A stretch of 64,000 nucleotides of DNA from Candidatus Omnitrophota bacterium (lineage in GTDB: Bacteria; Omnitrophota; Gorgyraeia; Aquiviventales; Aquiviventaceae): positions 5,315 through 69,314 of the forward strand of contig JAHFGV010000003.1 in NCBI GenBank assembly GCA_023247255.1, read 5' to 3'. The position numbers and the translations under genes were made by a program. The notes beneath the pieces were generated by a model, which saw nothing but the letters and a program-made list of their open reading frames with translations, was not told the origin of the DNA and did no database searches. Shown here in pieces: positions 55,253 through 64,000 of the stretch. Positions within the stretch are counted from its first letter, which is position 1, and each line of letters opens with the position of its first letter.

Positions 55253-56836
55253 TTAACTAACGACGGGTGATTGCCGATCCTTACAGGGAACGGCAAGGGT
55301 TCCCTGCTCCAAGACCCGTTCCTGGCAAAGCCCACGGTAGATAAGATTGACCAGCGCTCGGAGCTGACGTGGAAGCTGAATCTGCTCCAACAAACTCGCA
55401 TCATCCCTCGTAAAGATTCGGCATCGCCGAGCCCACCAGACCAACGAGAGGAATATCCCCCCAAAAATCATTCCGCGAACGAGAATACCCCTGCCCATCA
55501 TAAGCAAAAGCGCGCAGGCAACGAGGGTAGGTGGTACGATTCCGACGAAGCGGCGCACACCCAAACGCCGGTTGCCTAGATACAGAGAGTACCCTGCCCC
55601 AAGAGCGAAACTGGCAGACGTGGAGATGGCCGCTCCCAGTGAACCCAGCTTTGGGATCAACAAAAAATCCCCCAGCACGTTGATTCCTGCCATCAAGACA
55701 AGGATCCCTGTGGCCTGTCGAGTGAGATCGTAGACGAACAACAGTGGACTATAGAGGTACAGGATTCCTTGAAAAGCAGCCCCTATCAGTAGCAGGGAAA
55801 AGAGAAAGGCACTGCGGCTGTAGTGCGGGCCGAAGAGACTTAACAGCACCGGTTCCTGACATAAGCCAATCGTCAAGATGACGAGGCTCCAGCACAAGAC
55901 TATTTGTGGCGTCAAACGCACGGCATATCGGTGGAGACGATCCTCCCTTCCCTCGGCCCGCCACGCGCTTAAGAGTGGAAAGGCCAGGATGCTGACCCCA
56001 TTGAGTCCGCCGATAACAAAGAGCATCGCCTGATAGGAGAGTTGGTAGATCCCAACGTCGCTGTGGCTTCTCCAGAGTCGAAGAAAATAAAGATCGGCCC
56101 AATCGGAGAGGTAGGCTCCAGCGATTCCTAAAGCTAGGGGTGCAGAGTAGCGAGCCATCGCTTGCGTCAGCTCCCAGGGAATCTGCACTCGCATGAGCGC
56201 ACGGCGATTGAGACAGGGAAGGCTCGTCAGAAGCTGTACAAGCAGGGCTATCCCAGAGAGGAGGATCACCGTTTGGGACGTAATCGGCCAATGCATCCAG
56301 CCGATGCATACCCCAAGGAGTCCCAAAAAACAGACACGGCTTACTACAGGAATCCATGCGGCGGTGCGCATTTTGCCTTCCATTTGGAGGAACTGAACGG
56401 TTGCCATCGTCAACGCTAGGAGGATGAAGAACCAAAGGAAGAAACCTGTCTCGTTGCGGCCAAGCCCTACCAGGCGAACCAGGTCTTTCGAAAACAAAAG
56501 AAGGATAAGGCTGCCTCCCAGAACAGACAAACCAAATAACGGAAGCCATCCCCAGAACACACGACCGTTACCCAGGCTGTGCACGAGGGCTTCTCGTCCG
56601 AATCGGATCACCGCGGGGAAACTCCATTTGACACCGATGATGAACAGGCACTGCGTAACTGCGAAGAAGAGCACCACCACACCATACTGCTCAGGACCCA
56701 ACAGACGAGCAGACCACGTAAGCCCGATGGCTGTTACGATCACAAAGACTACTTGAGCCGTGAGCATCATGAAGTAATCTGCTCCGACGCGCTGAATTCC
56801 AGTGAGGGAGTTGAGACAAGAACGCTCGATAGCCAT
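55253..56836 (-). CDS. Wzx-type oligosaccharide flippase (MOP/MATE-like polysaccharide biosynthesis protein)
   Basis: ~14 TM helices with a Wzx/PST-family arrangement. Confidence 0.7.
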   Translation of the reverse strand: MAIERSCLNSLTGIQRVGADYFMMLTAQVVFVIVTAIGLTWSARLLGPEQYGVVVLFFAVTQCLFIIGVKWSFPAVIRFGREALVHSLGNGRVFWGWLPLFGLSVLGGSLILLLFSKDLVRLVGLGRNETGFFLWFFILLALTMATVQFLQMEGKMRTAAWIPVVSRVCFLGLLGVCIGWMHWPITSQTVILLSGIALLVQLLTSLPCLNRRALMRVQIPWELTQAMARYSAPLALGIAGAYLSDWADLYFLRLWRSHSDVGIYQLSYQAMLFVIGGLNGVSILAFPLLSAWRAEGREDRLHRYAVRLTPQIVLCWSLVILTIGLCQEPVLLSLFGPHYSRSAFLFSLLLIGAAFQGILYLYSPLLFVYDLTRQATGILVLMAGINVLGDFLLIPKLGSLGAAISTSASFALGAGYSLYLGNRRLGVRRFVGIVPPTLVACALLLMMGRGILVRGMIFGGIFLSLVWWARRCRIFTRDDASLLEQIQLPRQLRALVNLIYRGLCQERVLEQGTLAVPCKDRQSPVVS

Positions 56837-56853
56837 ATCGCGCTATACCTTTG

Positions 56854-57993
56854 TTAGTTTACAACTTTCAGGATCTGGTCGTAGAAGGAGAGATATCGCT
56901 TGACGACTACTTCTGCGTGGAGATGGGTGAGGCTCCACGCTCGCGCTCGTTTCCCGATATCATGAAGCATCTGCGGATGTCTGACGCCCTCCAACAGGGC
57001 TTGGTAGATGTCTTCTTCAGTCCGAACCTTAAGGCAGGGTGGATCCTCGGGAAACATATCCCTGCGGCTCTCCAGATGGATCAGGACCCCTTTTCCGCAC
57101 GCCCATGCCTCAAAGGCGCAGCCACCGTAGTCTCCTTGGATAAATTGGTCGATGACGATATCGCACAGGTTGTACCAGAATACTAACTGATGACGTCGCT
57201 GCGGAGCGATCCAGTGGACGTTGCGCTCAATGCCGAGTTGCTGAACCAGCCGCTTGGACGCTTCAATATCCGGCCCGTGGGCAACGGCGATGAGAATGGC
57301 CCGCTGTCGGGTGGAGCCGAGGAAACGCGCAAACGCATTGAAGAGCCGGTCGTTTCCCTTGCGTTCCCAGTCAGCCGAACGCTCCGTCCAGACCTGGCGT
57401 GTCGGATGGAAGAATATCCACTCAGCATCGTACTTCGCACGCTGCCTGCGCACTTTCGCCTCAGCAAGAGGCCTGAAACGCTCGGCATCCACCGGCAGGG
57501 GCAGACAGGCAACCCGGCTCAATCGTAATCGCCGAAGGGCCTCCTGAGAGTAGCGTCCGCTCGGGTTTGCGAGAAACACCACCTGCGCATCCCTGAGTCC
57601 TCGACGCTGCCGAAACGCCAGATACCGGTGATGGATACTGTCGGTCATGAAGGGGAGCACCGTAAGGTCGCCCCCATAGGGTTGAAAAACAAAGGGCCGT
57701 CCGGTCTGCCGCGCCCAGATAGGCCCGTAGTAACAGGTATGAATGAGATCGCAGTTGCCAAGCAGACGGACAAAGGGGCCATCGAAAAGTCCATACCGTC
57801 GCCATCGCAGGTCGTTGATGAGATGGACCCAGTCGGGATAAGCGCTCTTAAGTTCCGGCTCCTCCTGCTCGGGCTGCCAAGGGGATCCCTCCTCCAGATA
57901 GAGATGCGCGTCCACACCCGCCTTGCGCAGAAACTTCCCGATCACATAGGCGTGGTTACACACGTTTCCATAGAGATTGACTCGAAGACCCAT
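56854..57993 (-). CDS. GT-B (GT4-like) glycosyltransferase
   Basis: C-terminal EAWACGKGVL... (E-x7-E-like), ~380 aa with two-Rossmann architecture. Family-level call only. Confidence 0.55.
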   Translation of the reverse strand: MGLRVNLYGNVCNHAYVIGKFLRKAGVDAHLYLEEGSPWQPEQEEPELKSAYPDWVHLINDLRWRRYGLFDGPFVRLLGNCDLIHTCYYGPIWARQTGRPFVFQPYGGDLTVLPFMTDSIHHRYLAFRQRRGLRDAQVVFLANPSGRYSQEALRRLRLSRVACLPLPVDAERFRPLAEAKVRRQRAKYDAEWIFFHPTRQVWTERSADWERKGNDRLFNAFARFLGSTRQRAILIAVAHGPDIEASKRLVQQLGIERNVHWIAPQRRHQLVFWYNLCDIVIDQFIQGDYGGCAFEAWACGKGVLIHLESRRDMFPEDPPCLKVRTEEDIYQALLEGVRHPQMLHDIGKRARAWSLTHLHAEVVVKRYLSFYDQILKVVN

Positions 57994-58039
57994 CGATACC
58001 TTCCATTCTTCCATGCCTGCGACTTTCGGAATGGATGCC

Positions 58040-58310
58040 CCACGCCTTAGCCCGTTGGAACTTGTTCTAAGGAATTTTCGATTGCCGATTTTCGATTGCC
58101 GATTGAAAACCGCTGTTCAATCAAAAATCGACAATATCGTGATGCAATCGTCGGATGAGCCTGTGGCACCGGCACTCCCACACCTTGGAATTTTCGATTG
58201 TCGATTTTGGCTTATCGATTGAAAACCGCTGTTCAATCGAAAATCGGCAATCGTCAATCGACAATATCCTGATGCAATCGTCGAAGGTTGGGGGCGCAAT
58301 GGCGGGGTTG
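58040..58310. mobile_element. Family A repeat, two tandem partial copies in inverted orientation
   Basis: gaattttcgattgccgattttcgattgccgattgaaaaccgctgttcaatca... ...ttttggcttatcgattgaaaaccgctgttcaatcgaaaatcggcaatcgtcaatcgacaatatcctgatgcaatcgtcgaaggttgggggcgcaatggcgggg. Confidence 0.75.
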
Positions 58311-58311
58311 A

Positions 58312-59283
58312 TCAGACGAGACTCTCCCTGTGGGTTTGGTACCACTGCCATGTTTCGGCGAGTCCCTCTTCCATCGGGCAGAGGGCGATGGCTCCTTCGA
58401 TGTCTCGCAGGAGGCGCGTATCTGCGCATTGACGGAGAAGATCGCCAGCTCGTGGCGGAGCCTGCCGGATCGGACCGCGGTATCCGGATACTTTGCAGAT
58501 TTTCTCAACGACCTGCTTGACGGAGACTTCCGTTCCGGATCCGAGGTTCAGGACGTGGCCGAGTAGATCATCACGCTTAGCGAGCCCCACGCTGATGCGC
58601 ACCGTGTCTCGGACGAAGAGAAAATCCCGCGTCTGATCGCCGCTACCCTGGATCAGAGGATATTCACCGCGAATGATGCGGCTGATGGTCAAAGGAATGA
58701 GTCCCGCGTACACTCCCGGGTTCTGCCTGGGTCCATAGTTGTTGAACGGCCGCAGGGTCAACACGCGAGTCCCAAAGGTTTTTTGGTAGACCCTGACCAT
58801 GAGATCGGCCGCCGCCTTTCCTGCCGCATAGGGAGTATGAGGAAGAAGCGGATGGGCCTCTGACATGGGAGTCTCAAGGGCGCTGCCGTAGGCCTCGGAT
58901 GAGGAAAAGTGCACAAGCCGCTTGATTTCTCCAAGCCGCAGCGCTTCGAGCAGATGGCCGATGATCTGCACGTTAACGTGGAACGCGTCCAGTGGATCGT
59001 CGAACGAGTAGCCCAGCGCTTTTGTGGCGAGATTGAAGACGACGTCAATTCCGGCTTCGCGAATGATTCCGTGCAGGGCCTCGCCATCGGTGGCGTCGAT
59101 GCGGTGCAAGGTGATTGCAGAAAAATGGCTGCGCGCGGATGATAGATTTTCCTCGCGGCCAAGAAAAAGATTGTCGATGACATGGATCGAAGCGGGGCTC
59201 TCATGCGTCAGCGCTTCCACCAGATGGCTGCCGATAAACCCTGCCCCGCCCGTGACCAACAGCGCCCTGCTGGTATATTCCAT
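58312..59283 (-). CDS. NAD-dependent nucleotide-sugar epimerase/dehydratase (extended SDR family)
   Basis: LVTGGAGFIGSHLVEAL, catalytic SSE...YAAGK (YxxxK). Confidence 0.85.
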   Translation of the reverse strand: MEYTSRALLVTGGAGFIGSHLVEALTHESPASIHVIDNLFLGREENLSSARSHFSAITLHRIDATDGEALHGIIREAGIDVVFNLATKALGYSFDDPLDAFHVNVQIIGHLLEALRLGEIKRLVHFSSSEAYGSALETPMSEAHPLLPHTPYAAGKAAADLMVRVYQKTFGTRVLTLRPFNNYGPRQNPGVYAGLIPLTISRIIRGEYPLIQGSGDQTRDFLFVRDTVRISVGLAKRDDLLGHVLNLGSGTEVSVKQVVEKICKVSGYRGPIRQAPPRAGDLLRQCADTRLLRDIEGAIALCPMEEGLAETWQWYQTHRESLV

Positions 59284-59292
59284 GAAGCGCTC

Positions 59293-59973
59293 TTATTCAA
59301 TCCGGTTGAGCGTGCGGAGTTCTTCAGGCAGATCGCGAAAGGTTGCAGGATTGCCGATGGCTAGATGCCAGCTAGGCACGTCCTTGGTAACCACCGCTCC
59401 TGCCCCGATAAAGCATCCTTCCCCAAGACGCACACCTGGCAGGATGGTGACATTTCCCCCTACAGTCACCCCTCGCTCCAACGTCGGGCCATCCAGCTTT
59501 GATCCCTGGCGAATGGGATATCGGTCATTGAGGATGACACAGTTGGGTCCCAGAAACACATGATCTCCAACTTGGGTGCCCGTGGGCAAATAAACGTTGG
59601 ACTGGATGCTCACGTGGCTGCCGATTCGACAATGGCTATCGATGACGACATTGGAACCGATGAGGACATGATTCCCTACGCGGCATCCCTCCCGGACGGT
59701 AACCCTGTGTCCTGTCCGCACGTGGTGCCCTACCACGACATCCCGGTAGAAGACGGAGTGCGAACGAATGACGGCGTGCTCATTGACCGTTGTCCCATCG
59801 TAATTGAGATATTCAGTTGCCGTCTGTTTCGCGCGAAGTTCCAAGAGGATATCCGCGGTGGGGTAGCCTAAGATGACCTCTTCTAGGACGATGCAGTTGT
59901 CTGCAACTCGGTTCGTCCCGTAGCCGCGCACCGACTGGTGGAGATAGACGTTTTTACCCTGCTCGATTGCCAT
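59293..59973 (-). CDS. Left-handed beta-helix (hexapeptide-repeat) sugar N-acetyltransferase
   Basis: Tandem [LIV]G.... hexapeptide repeats across the C-terminal two-thirds. Confidence 0.75.
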   Translation of the reverse strand: MAIEQGKNVYLHQSVRGYGTNRVADNCIVLEEVILGYPTADILLELRAKQTATEYLNYDGTTVNEHAVIRSHSVFYRDVVVGHHVRTGHRVTVREGCRVGNHVLIGSNVVIDSHCRIGSHVSIQSNVYLPTGTQVGDHVFLGPNCVILNDRYPIRQGSKLDGPTLERGVTVGGNVTILPGVRLGEGCFIGAGAVVTKDVPSWHLAIGNPATFRDLPEELRTLNRIE

Positions 59974-59982
59974 GGCGGTATC

Positions 59983-60912
59983 TCACAAGGCCTCCTCTGA
60001 GAATCGGCTGCCCGGATGGGCAAGCTCCCACGGACAGTTGTCCAGTTCAGAAAACCGAATGACCCCGTCGATCGCAGCTACGTCGATCCAATGATCCGGT
60101 TCCACAGACAAAATCGTCCCCGCAGGTTCTTCAACCTTCTTTAGCAGCGGGGGCGATGATTTCCACACCATCACCCGTTGCCCCTTGAGCCAAGTAAACG
60201 CCCCGGGGTAAGGTCGGGTCAGTGCGCGCACCCAGTTGTGGATCTGGCCTGCCGTGAGCGACCAAAAGATCCTGCCCTCCTCAGGACGTCGCAGGGGGTA
60301 GGTGCTCGCCAGGCGTTCATCCTGTGGCACTCGAGGAGCGCGTCTCTGCTGAAGTAAAGGAAGGCTACGCTCCAGAAGCGTTTGGGTTTCTTTCGTCACC
60401 TGCTCGTAGAGCGTCGCACAGGTATCACTGAGGGTAATCGAAAACGCCGCCTGAGCGATGATGTCACCGCTGTCCAGAGCCTCGTCTAAATAGAACAAGG
60501 TCACACCGGTGCGATCTTCCCCGTTGATCAGTGCCCAGTTGATCGGTGCGCCGCCTCGATATTTGGGAAGCAGTGAGGCGTGAACTCCGGCAGAGCCCAG
60601 TGGAGGAATGTTCCGAATCGTTGAGGGAACCACGGAGTACCAGCCGACTGCCAAAAGAAAATCCGGTGCGAGCGCTTGGATGAACCCAACGCACTGATTC
60701 AATTTCTCAGCCGCGACAATTACGGGAATTCCGGCGCGCTTGCTGGCGGTGACCAGATCGGCATGCTGGACGAGGTTCACCCGAGACCCTGCCTGGGAGA
60801 TCTTAATTTCTCCAGGTGTGGTTACTACACCGACCACATCCATTCCCATCCGCAGCAGGGTGTGAAAACAGGCAAGGGAGAGTTGGGTGGTGCCTAAGAG
60901 CACTATCCGCAT
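59983..60912 (-). CDS. Formyltransferase-family protein (Fmt/ArnA-N-like, putative sugar N-formyltransferase)
   Basis: MRIVLLGTT..., HASLLPKYRGGAPINWALINGE (N10-formyl-THF binding SLLP motif) plus a C-terminal Fmt-type domain. The track ORF has a 76-aa upstream extension. Confidence 0.75.
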   Translation of the reverse strand: MRIVLLGTTQLSLACFHTLLRMGMDVVGVVTTPGEIKISQAGSRVNLVQHADLVTASKRAGIPVIVAAEKLNQCVGFIQALAPDFLLAVGWYSVVPSTIRNIPPLGSAGVHASLLPKYRGGAPINWALINGEDRTGVTLFYLDEALDSGDIIAQAAFSITLSDTCATLYEQVTKETQTLLERSLPLLQQRRAPRVPQDERLASTYPLRRPEEGRIFWSLTAGQIHNWVRALTRPYPGAFTWLKGQRVMVWKSSPPLLKKVEEPAGTILSVEPDHWIDVAAIDGVIRFSELDNCPWELAHPGSRFSEEAL

Positions 60913-62060
60913 AAGAGGGCTCGGAGTCGCTCTATGACGAAGGATTGATCCGAAGGTTTCATCGAAGGATAGAGGGGTAGGGTGAGCGTCTGACGATCGG
61001 CTCTTAAGGAGCAAGGGTAATCTTCGGGATGGAGCCCGTAGCGTGTTCGATAATAGCCAAGCGCGTGGACGGCGTGTGTTCCCTGCCTTGTGGCAATTCC
61101 TTCCAGGGCAAGCTGCGTGGCGATTGTATCTCTGGAGCAAGAAGCATCCTCATCGATCAGCACAACGTACGATTGAAATGAGTGGATCCATCCCGGAGGG
61201 GTGAGGGGAACATGCAACCCTCGGATTTCTCCCAGACCCTCCGTGTAGCGTTGGGCAAGATAGATGCGTCGCTGGAGGATCTCATCGAGTTTGTCTAGCT
61301 GCTTCAGGCCTACCGCTGCTTGGAGATCCGTCATCCGATAATTAAATCCAAGCTCGTTGAAGGCTGGAAGGAGAAACTCTTTTTTCCCTCGATGGCGTTC
61401 AAAATCTGAGCTCTCGGCACCATGAGACCTAAGGCAGCGAAGGCGCTTTGCCAAGCCGGTGTCATCGGTAGCAATGAGACCTCCTTCACCGGTGGTGATG
61501 ATCTTTCTGGGGTGGAAGCTAAAGCAACCCGCCTGGCCGAACGTGCCCACAGGGTGTTCCTTATACCGAGCCCCTAGTGCGCAAGCCGCGTCTTCGATGA
61601 TGAGTAGGTGATGCTTCTTGGCGAGTTCTAGGATAGGGTCCATCTGTGCGCTGAGACCGAACAAATGCACGGGGATAATAGCCTGAGTGCGTTTGGTAAT
61701 CTTCGAATCCATCTGGTTGACATCCATGTTGAAGGTGGCCAAATCGATGTCGATGAAGACGGGTCTTGCCCTGCAGTACTCGATGGCATTGATAGTGGCA
61801 ACAAAGGTAAAGGCCGGCACGAGCACCTCATCTGCCTCTTTAACTCCGAGGGCGACCAGCGCAAGGTGGAGGGCAGCCGTGCAAGAAGAGGTGGCCACTG
61901 CCCATTGCGTTCCCACGCAGCGCGCACAAGCCTCCTCGAACTGCGCCACCCGGGGACCTTGTGAAACCCAACCGCTCTGAAGCACATCCCTTAGCGCCTC
62001 AGCTTCCTCATTATTAAAATAGGGTTGGGTGACTGGGATATCGATCCTATTCCCGGGCAT
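60903..62060 (-). CDS. DegT/DnrJ/EryC1/ArnB-family PLP-dependent nucleotide-sugar aminotransferase
   Basis: GTQWAVATSSCTAALHLAL...; PLP-lysine region FSFHPRKIITTGEGG. Confidence 0.85.
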   Translation of the reverse strand: MPGNRIDIPVTQPYFNNEEAEALRDVLQSGWVSQGPRVAQFEEACARCVGTQWAVATSSCTAALHLALVALGVKEADEVLVPAFTFVATINAIEYCRARPVFIDIDLATFNMDVNQMDSKITKRTQAIIPVHLFGLSAQMDPILELAKKHHLLIIEDAACALGARYKEHPVGTFGQAGCFSFHPRKIITTGEGGLIATDDTGLAKRLRCLRSHGAESSDFERHRGKKEFLLPAFNELGFNYRMTDLQAAVGLKQLDKLDEILQRRIYLAQRYTEGLGEIRGLHVPLTPPGWIHSFQSYVVLIDEDASCSRDTIATQLALEGIATRQGTHAVHALGYYRTRYGLHPEDYPCSLRADRQTLTLPLYPSMKPSDQSFVIERLRALLCG

Positions 62061-62105
62061 CTTTACCTAACAGGTTGCTGAAAAACTCACCAACTACCCA
62101 GGCTG
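62055..62105. repeat. Family D repeat
   Basis: aggttgctgaaaaactcaccaactacccaggctgctcaaagg. Confidence 0.55.
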
Positions 62106-62170
62106 CTCAAAGGAGATACTGTCAAATGTTGTGGATGAGCCAGCGAACTCTGCGCGTCCTTGGCGATCCA

Positions 62171-62614
62171 TCAGTTCTCCTGTGTGCGCTCCTTGATGAA
62201 ATGCAAGTGGTCCGGGCCACCGAAGATGCCATCGACCTGGAACTCATTCGAGGCCCCCGCGATGGGCGTGGGCTGAAACGCGATGCCGGCTTCGAAGGGC
62301 TCGCCCTCGCGGAACTGGGTCAGCAGATAGTTGATAGAGCTGACATACGTCGCTTCGGACGCCATGGATGTCTGCGCGTTGACGGCATGGCGCAGATGAA
62401 ACACCACGGGCTGTTCGGAGTCGAAGAGCGGCTGCCCCCCGACCTGGCGAAAGGTAATCGTGAATTCGTTGTTCCCCTTGAACTCAACCGCCTCCAGCTT
62501 GATGTCAATGTGGTAGCCCCCCGCAGAGCAGACCGTAGGGACCAGGAACAAGGTGACGAGCGTTGCCAGGAGCTGTCGGCGCATGGCCATGAGTCCTCCT
62601 TCGCGTGGTTGCAT
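62171..62614 (-). CDS. Small secreted hypothetical protein
   Basis: Signal peptide MAMRRQLLATLVTLFLVPTVCSAGG, beta-rich, no known motifs. Confidence 0.45.
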   Translation of the reverse strand: MQPREGGLMAMRRQLLATLVTLFLVPTVCSAGGYHIDIKLEAVEFKGNNEFTITFRQVGGQPLFDSEQPVVFHLRHAVNAQTSMASEATYVSSINYLLTQFREGEPFEAGIAFQPTPIAGASNEFQVDGIFGGPDHLHFIKERTQEN

Positions 62615-62654
62615 TCGAGTATAACTCTGCTCAAAGTTGAGGAGGTGCGTACTT

Positions 62655-62725
62655 TCAAGTACGCTGACGAAGCTGCGCGGCAGGCAACGCAGAGATGCGC
62701 CTTTTTCAGCAGCCTGCTAATCATT
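62655..62725. repeat. Family D repeat
   Basis: gcaacgcagagatgcgcctttttcagcagcctgctaatc. Confidence 0.55.
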
Positions 62726-63701
62726 CCTCTTTAGCATCCAGGCTGACCGTAAAGGGTTCGGCTGCTACCGCAAGGAAAGCCCCATCGAAATAGGCGGTCC
62801 CTGATCCAAACACGCGGACTACTACCTGAATTTCACTTGTAGTCTCCGGGACCACACCGCTAGTGACCAAAAACTCAAACTCCCCAGAACCGCTATGGCG
62901 ATGAGCGGGTTGCATCGAAAACTCAGTACCAGAAGTATCTAGCAACCGATAGGCATTCTGAATGCCAAATCCCACTCCCTCGCCATCCAGTAACAAGATA
63001 TCAGCAATGCCAGGGATGTTTGTCTTGACCCAACACCCGAACGTGACTGGCTCACCAGCGAGCCAATCCCTAGCTTCTCCTTGTATCTGTTGACGAATGT
63101 TATGGTTTCCAGTCGATGTCACCTTGAGGGATTTTTTTCCGACCTTGACGTGCTCTGGTTCCGTTTCCATCACAATGGATCCTGGTCCCATATCCAGCGT
63201 CCAGCCATCCGGTAGAGTCTTCGGGCCTGCAGGCCAATCTTCAAACGAGTCGTTAATGAGCCAGTTCGGGATTGAGGCAAACTCTTTGTGTGTTAACTCA
63301 CCAGCCATCACAGCAAGGGGCAGGCTGGTAAGACATTGGCGAGGACTCAGTTTTAGCGGCTGACGGCCCACTTGCAGAGTTAACCAAAAAGGTCTCTGCC
63401 AGGAAAGGGGTAATGGGGTACTTTGACCCAGCAGGACATGGAACTGCCCTTTGTCGATCTGGACATGGGAATGTTTCTCTCTCCAGAGGGGTTTACTTTG
63501 AGTGTCTGTTGTATACCCTAGAAAGGTTAGAGTATGAATCCCATCAATAGGAACTCTCTTTTCATCCAAAGCAGTACCTTCATAGCGGACTGGTTTGGAA
63601 ATGGTACCTGCATAAACAGGCTGACTCGGATGGCCATAAGCCAAGAGAAACCACACAAAACCCATTCTTCCAAGTCCACTGACCCACATACGTACACGCA
63701 T
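62721..63701 (-). CDS. Secreted hypothetical protein, possibly with a carbohydrate-binding-module-like beta-sandwich
   Basis: Signal peptide FVWFLLAYGHPSQPVYAG. The central NDSFEDW...GW...VKVG.KSLKV segment loosely resembles CBM4/9-type folds. Weak call. Confidence 0.4.
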   Translation of the reverse strand: MRVRMWVSGLGRMGFVWFLLAYGHPSQPVYAGTISKPVRYEGTALDEKRVPIDGIHTLTFLGYTTDTQSKPLWREKHSHVQIDKGQFHVLLGQSTPLPLSWQRPFWLTLQVGRQPLKLSPRQCLTSLPLAVMAGELTHKEFASIPNWLINDSFEDWPAGPKTLPDGWTLDMGPGSIVMETEPEHVKVGKKSLKVTSTGNHNIRQQIQGEARDWLAGEPVTFGCWVKTNIPGIADILLLDGEGVGFGIQNAYRLLDTSGTEFSMQPAHRHSGSGEFEFLVTSGVVPETTSEIQVVVRVFGSGTAYFDGAFLAVAAEPFTVSLDAKEE

Positions 63702-63710
63702 CGTACCCCC

Positions 63711-64000
63711 TTAAAATTCCGCGACCCCACCACCTGCCGGATCGCCAACGGCGAGCCGCACAGCTACGGTTTGCCTGCAGCAAACCCCGGCAGGTGGTGG
63801 GGCGAAGCAGAATTTAGTATTGTCCGTTTCTCGCAGGATTTGTTCAAGAAGCGTCAAAAAACGATGGGCTTGTATCTTTGCGGAATATTTTTGTTCCACC
63901 GTGCGACGCCCTTCTCGGGAGAACTCCTCCCGCAGCTTCTGATTCTCAAGGAGGTGGGAGAGTTTCTCTACCCATTCGGTATGGGTTGAAGCCAAAAAAC
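63711..64000 (-). CDS. GT4-family glycosyltransferase, C-terminal fragment (gene continues past window end)
   Basis: ...WVEKLSHLLENQKLREEFSREGRRTVEQKYSAKIQAHRFLTLLEQIL is a typical GT4 C-terminus. The apparent end reads into a family F repeat. Confidence 0.6.
   Translation of the reverse strand, partial: FLASTHTEWVEKLSHLLENQKLREEFSREGRRTVEQKYSAKIQAHRFLTLLEQILRETDNTKFCFAPPPAGVCCRQTVAVRLAVGDPAGGGVAEF
63733..63815. repeat. Repeat family F, second copy
   Basis: tcgccaacggcgagccgcacagctacggtttgcctgcagcaaaccccggcaggtggtggggcgaagc. Confidence 0.6.

Noticed and set aside
55749-56549. 266-aa minus-strand ORF overlapping the flippase in another frame
   Set aside because: It overlaps a 527-aa 14-TM Wzx-like ORF that explains the region. 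P/R/S-rich off-frame translation.

Overview
This 64 kb window is gene-dense and almost entirely coded on the minus strand. It appears to come from a Gram-negative bacterium with GC content in the mid-50s; no specific taxon is assigned. From the low-coordinate end the content is as follows.

(1) A heme/siroheme precursor cluster: hemB (partial), a fused cobA-hemD, hemC, hemA, a HemX/CcsA-family membrane protein and a precorrin-2 dehydrogenase. The cluster is interrupted by a tRNA-Arg(CCG), an array of hairpin repeats and a secreted Asp-box (BNR) beta-propeller protein.

(2) A folate/C1 supercluster: panB, a MetE that is split into N-domain and C-domain ORFs by an in-frame repeat insertion carrying a TAG stop, a small zinc-ribbon ORF, a repeat-flanked lipoprotein, lplA, gcvPB, gcvPA, gcvH, gcvT, metF, folD and a cyclodeaminase/cyclohydrolase-family protein.

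(3) A housekeeping block: a LOG-family protein, a LysM-amidase, yraN, rnhB, rplS, trmD, rpsP, murA, prmC, prfA, rpmE, rho, coaE and polA.

(4) An orphan pseudopilus module: a TPR protein, a GspH-like pseudopilin, GspG, two tandem GspE-type ATPases and a cupin. No GspF or GspD is present in the window. Next to it is a standalone LarB-like gene translationally coupled to a membrane-anchored HTH protein.

(5) A glycan biosynthesis/modification locus of about 22 kb. It contains two GT4 glycosyltransferases and a partial third, a GT4-DUF218 fusion, a GT2, two GT-C membrane transferases (ArnT/PMT-like and DUF2029), a Wzx-type flippase, two AsnB-type amidotransferases and three SAM-dependent methyltransferases (two with zinc-ribbon N-termini). 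It also has an Arn-like aminosugar cassette: a DegT aminotransferase, a formyltransferase, an extended SDR and an LbH acetyltransferase.

The window carries at least six families of miniature palindromic/TIR repeats (MITE-like). Several have inserted in-frame into coding sequences: prmC, the Trm112-MT, metE, and an element I could not assign to a named family at the rnhB 3' end. A 27-bp perfect palindrome recurs in the 5' regions of three unrelated genes. No CRISPR array, integrase, transposase or recognisable defence system was seen.

The most novel-looking items are the repeat-mediated MetE fission, the orphan cupin-GspE-GspE-GspG-GspH module, the LarB/HTH-TM pair, and the heavily decorated Arn-like glycan locus with dual AsnB and dual GT-C genes.
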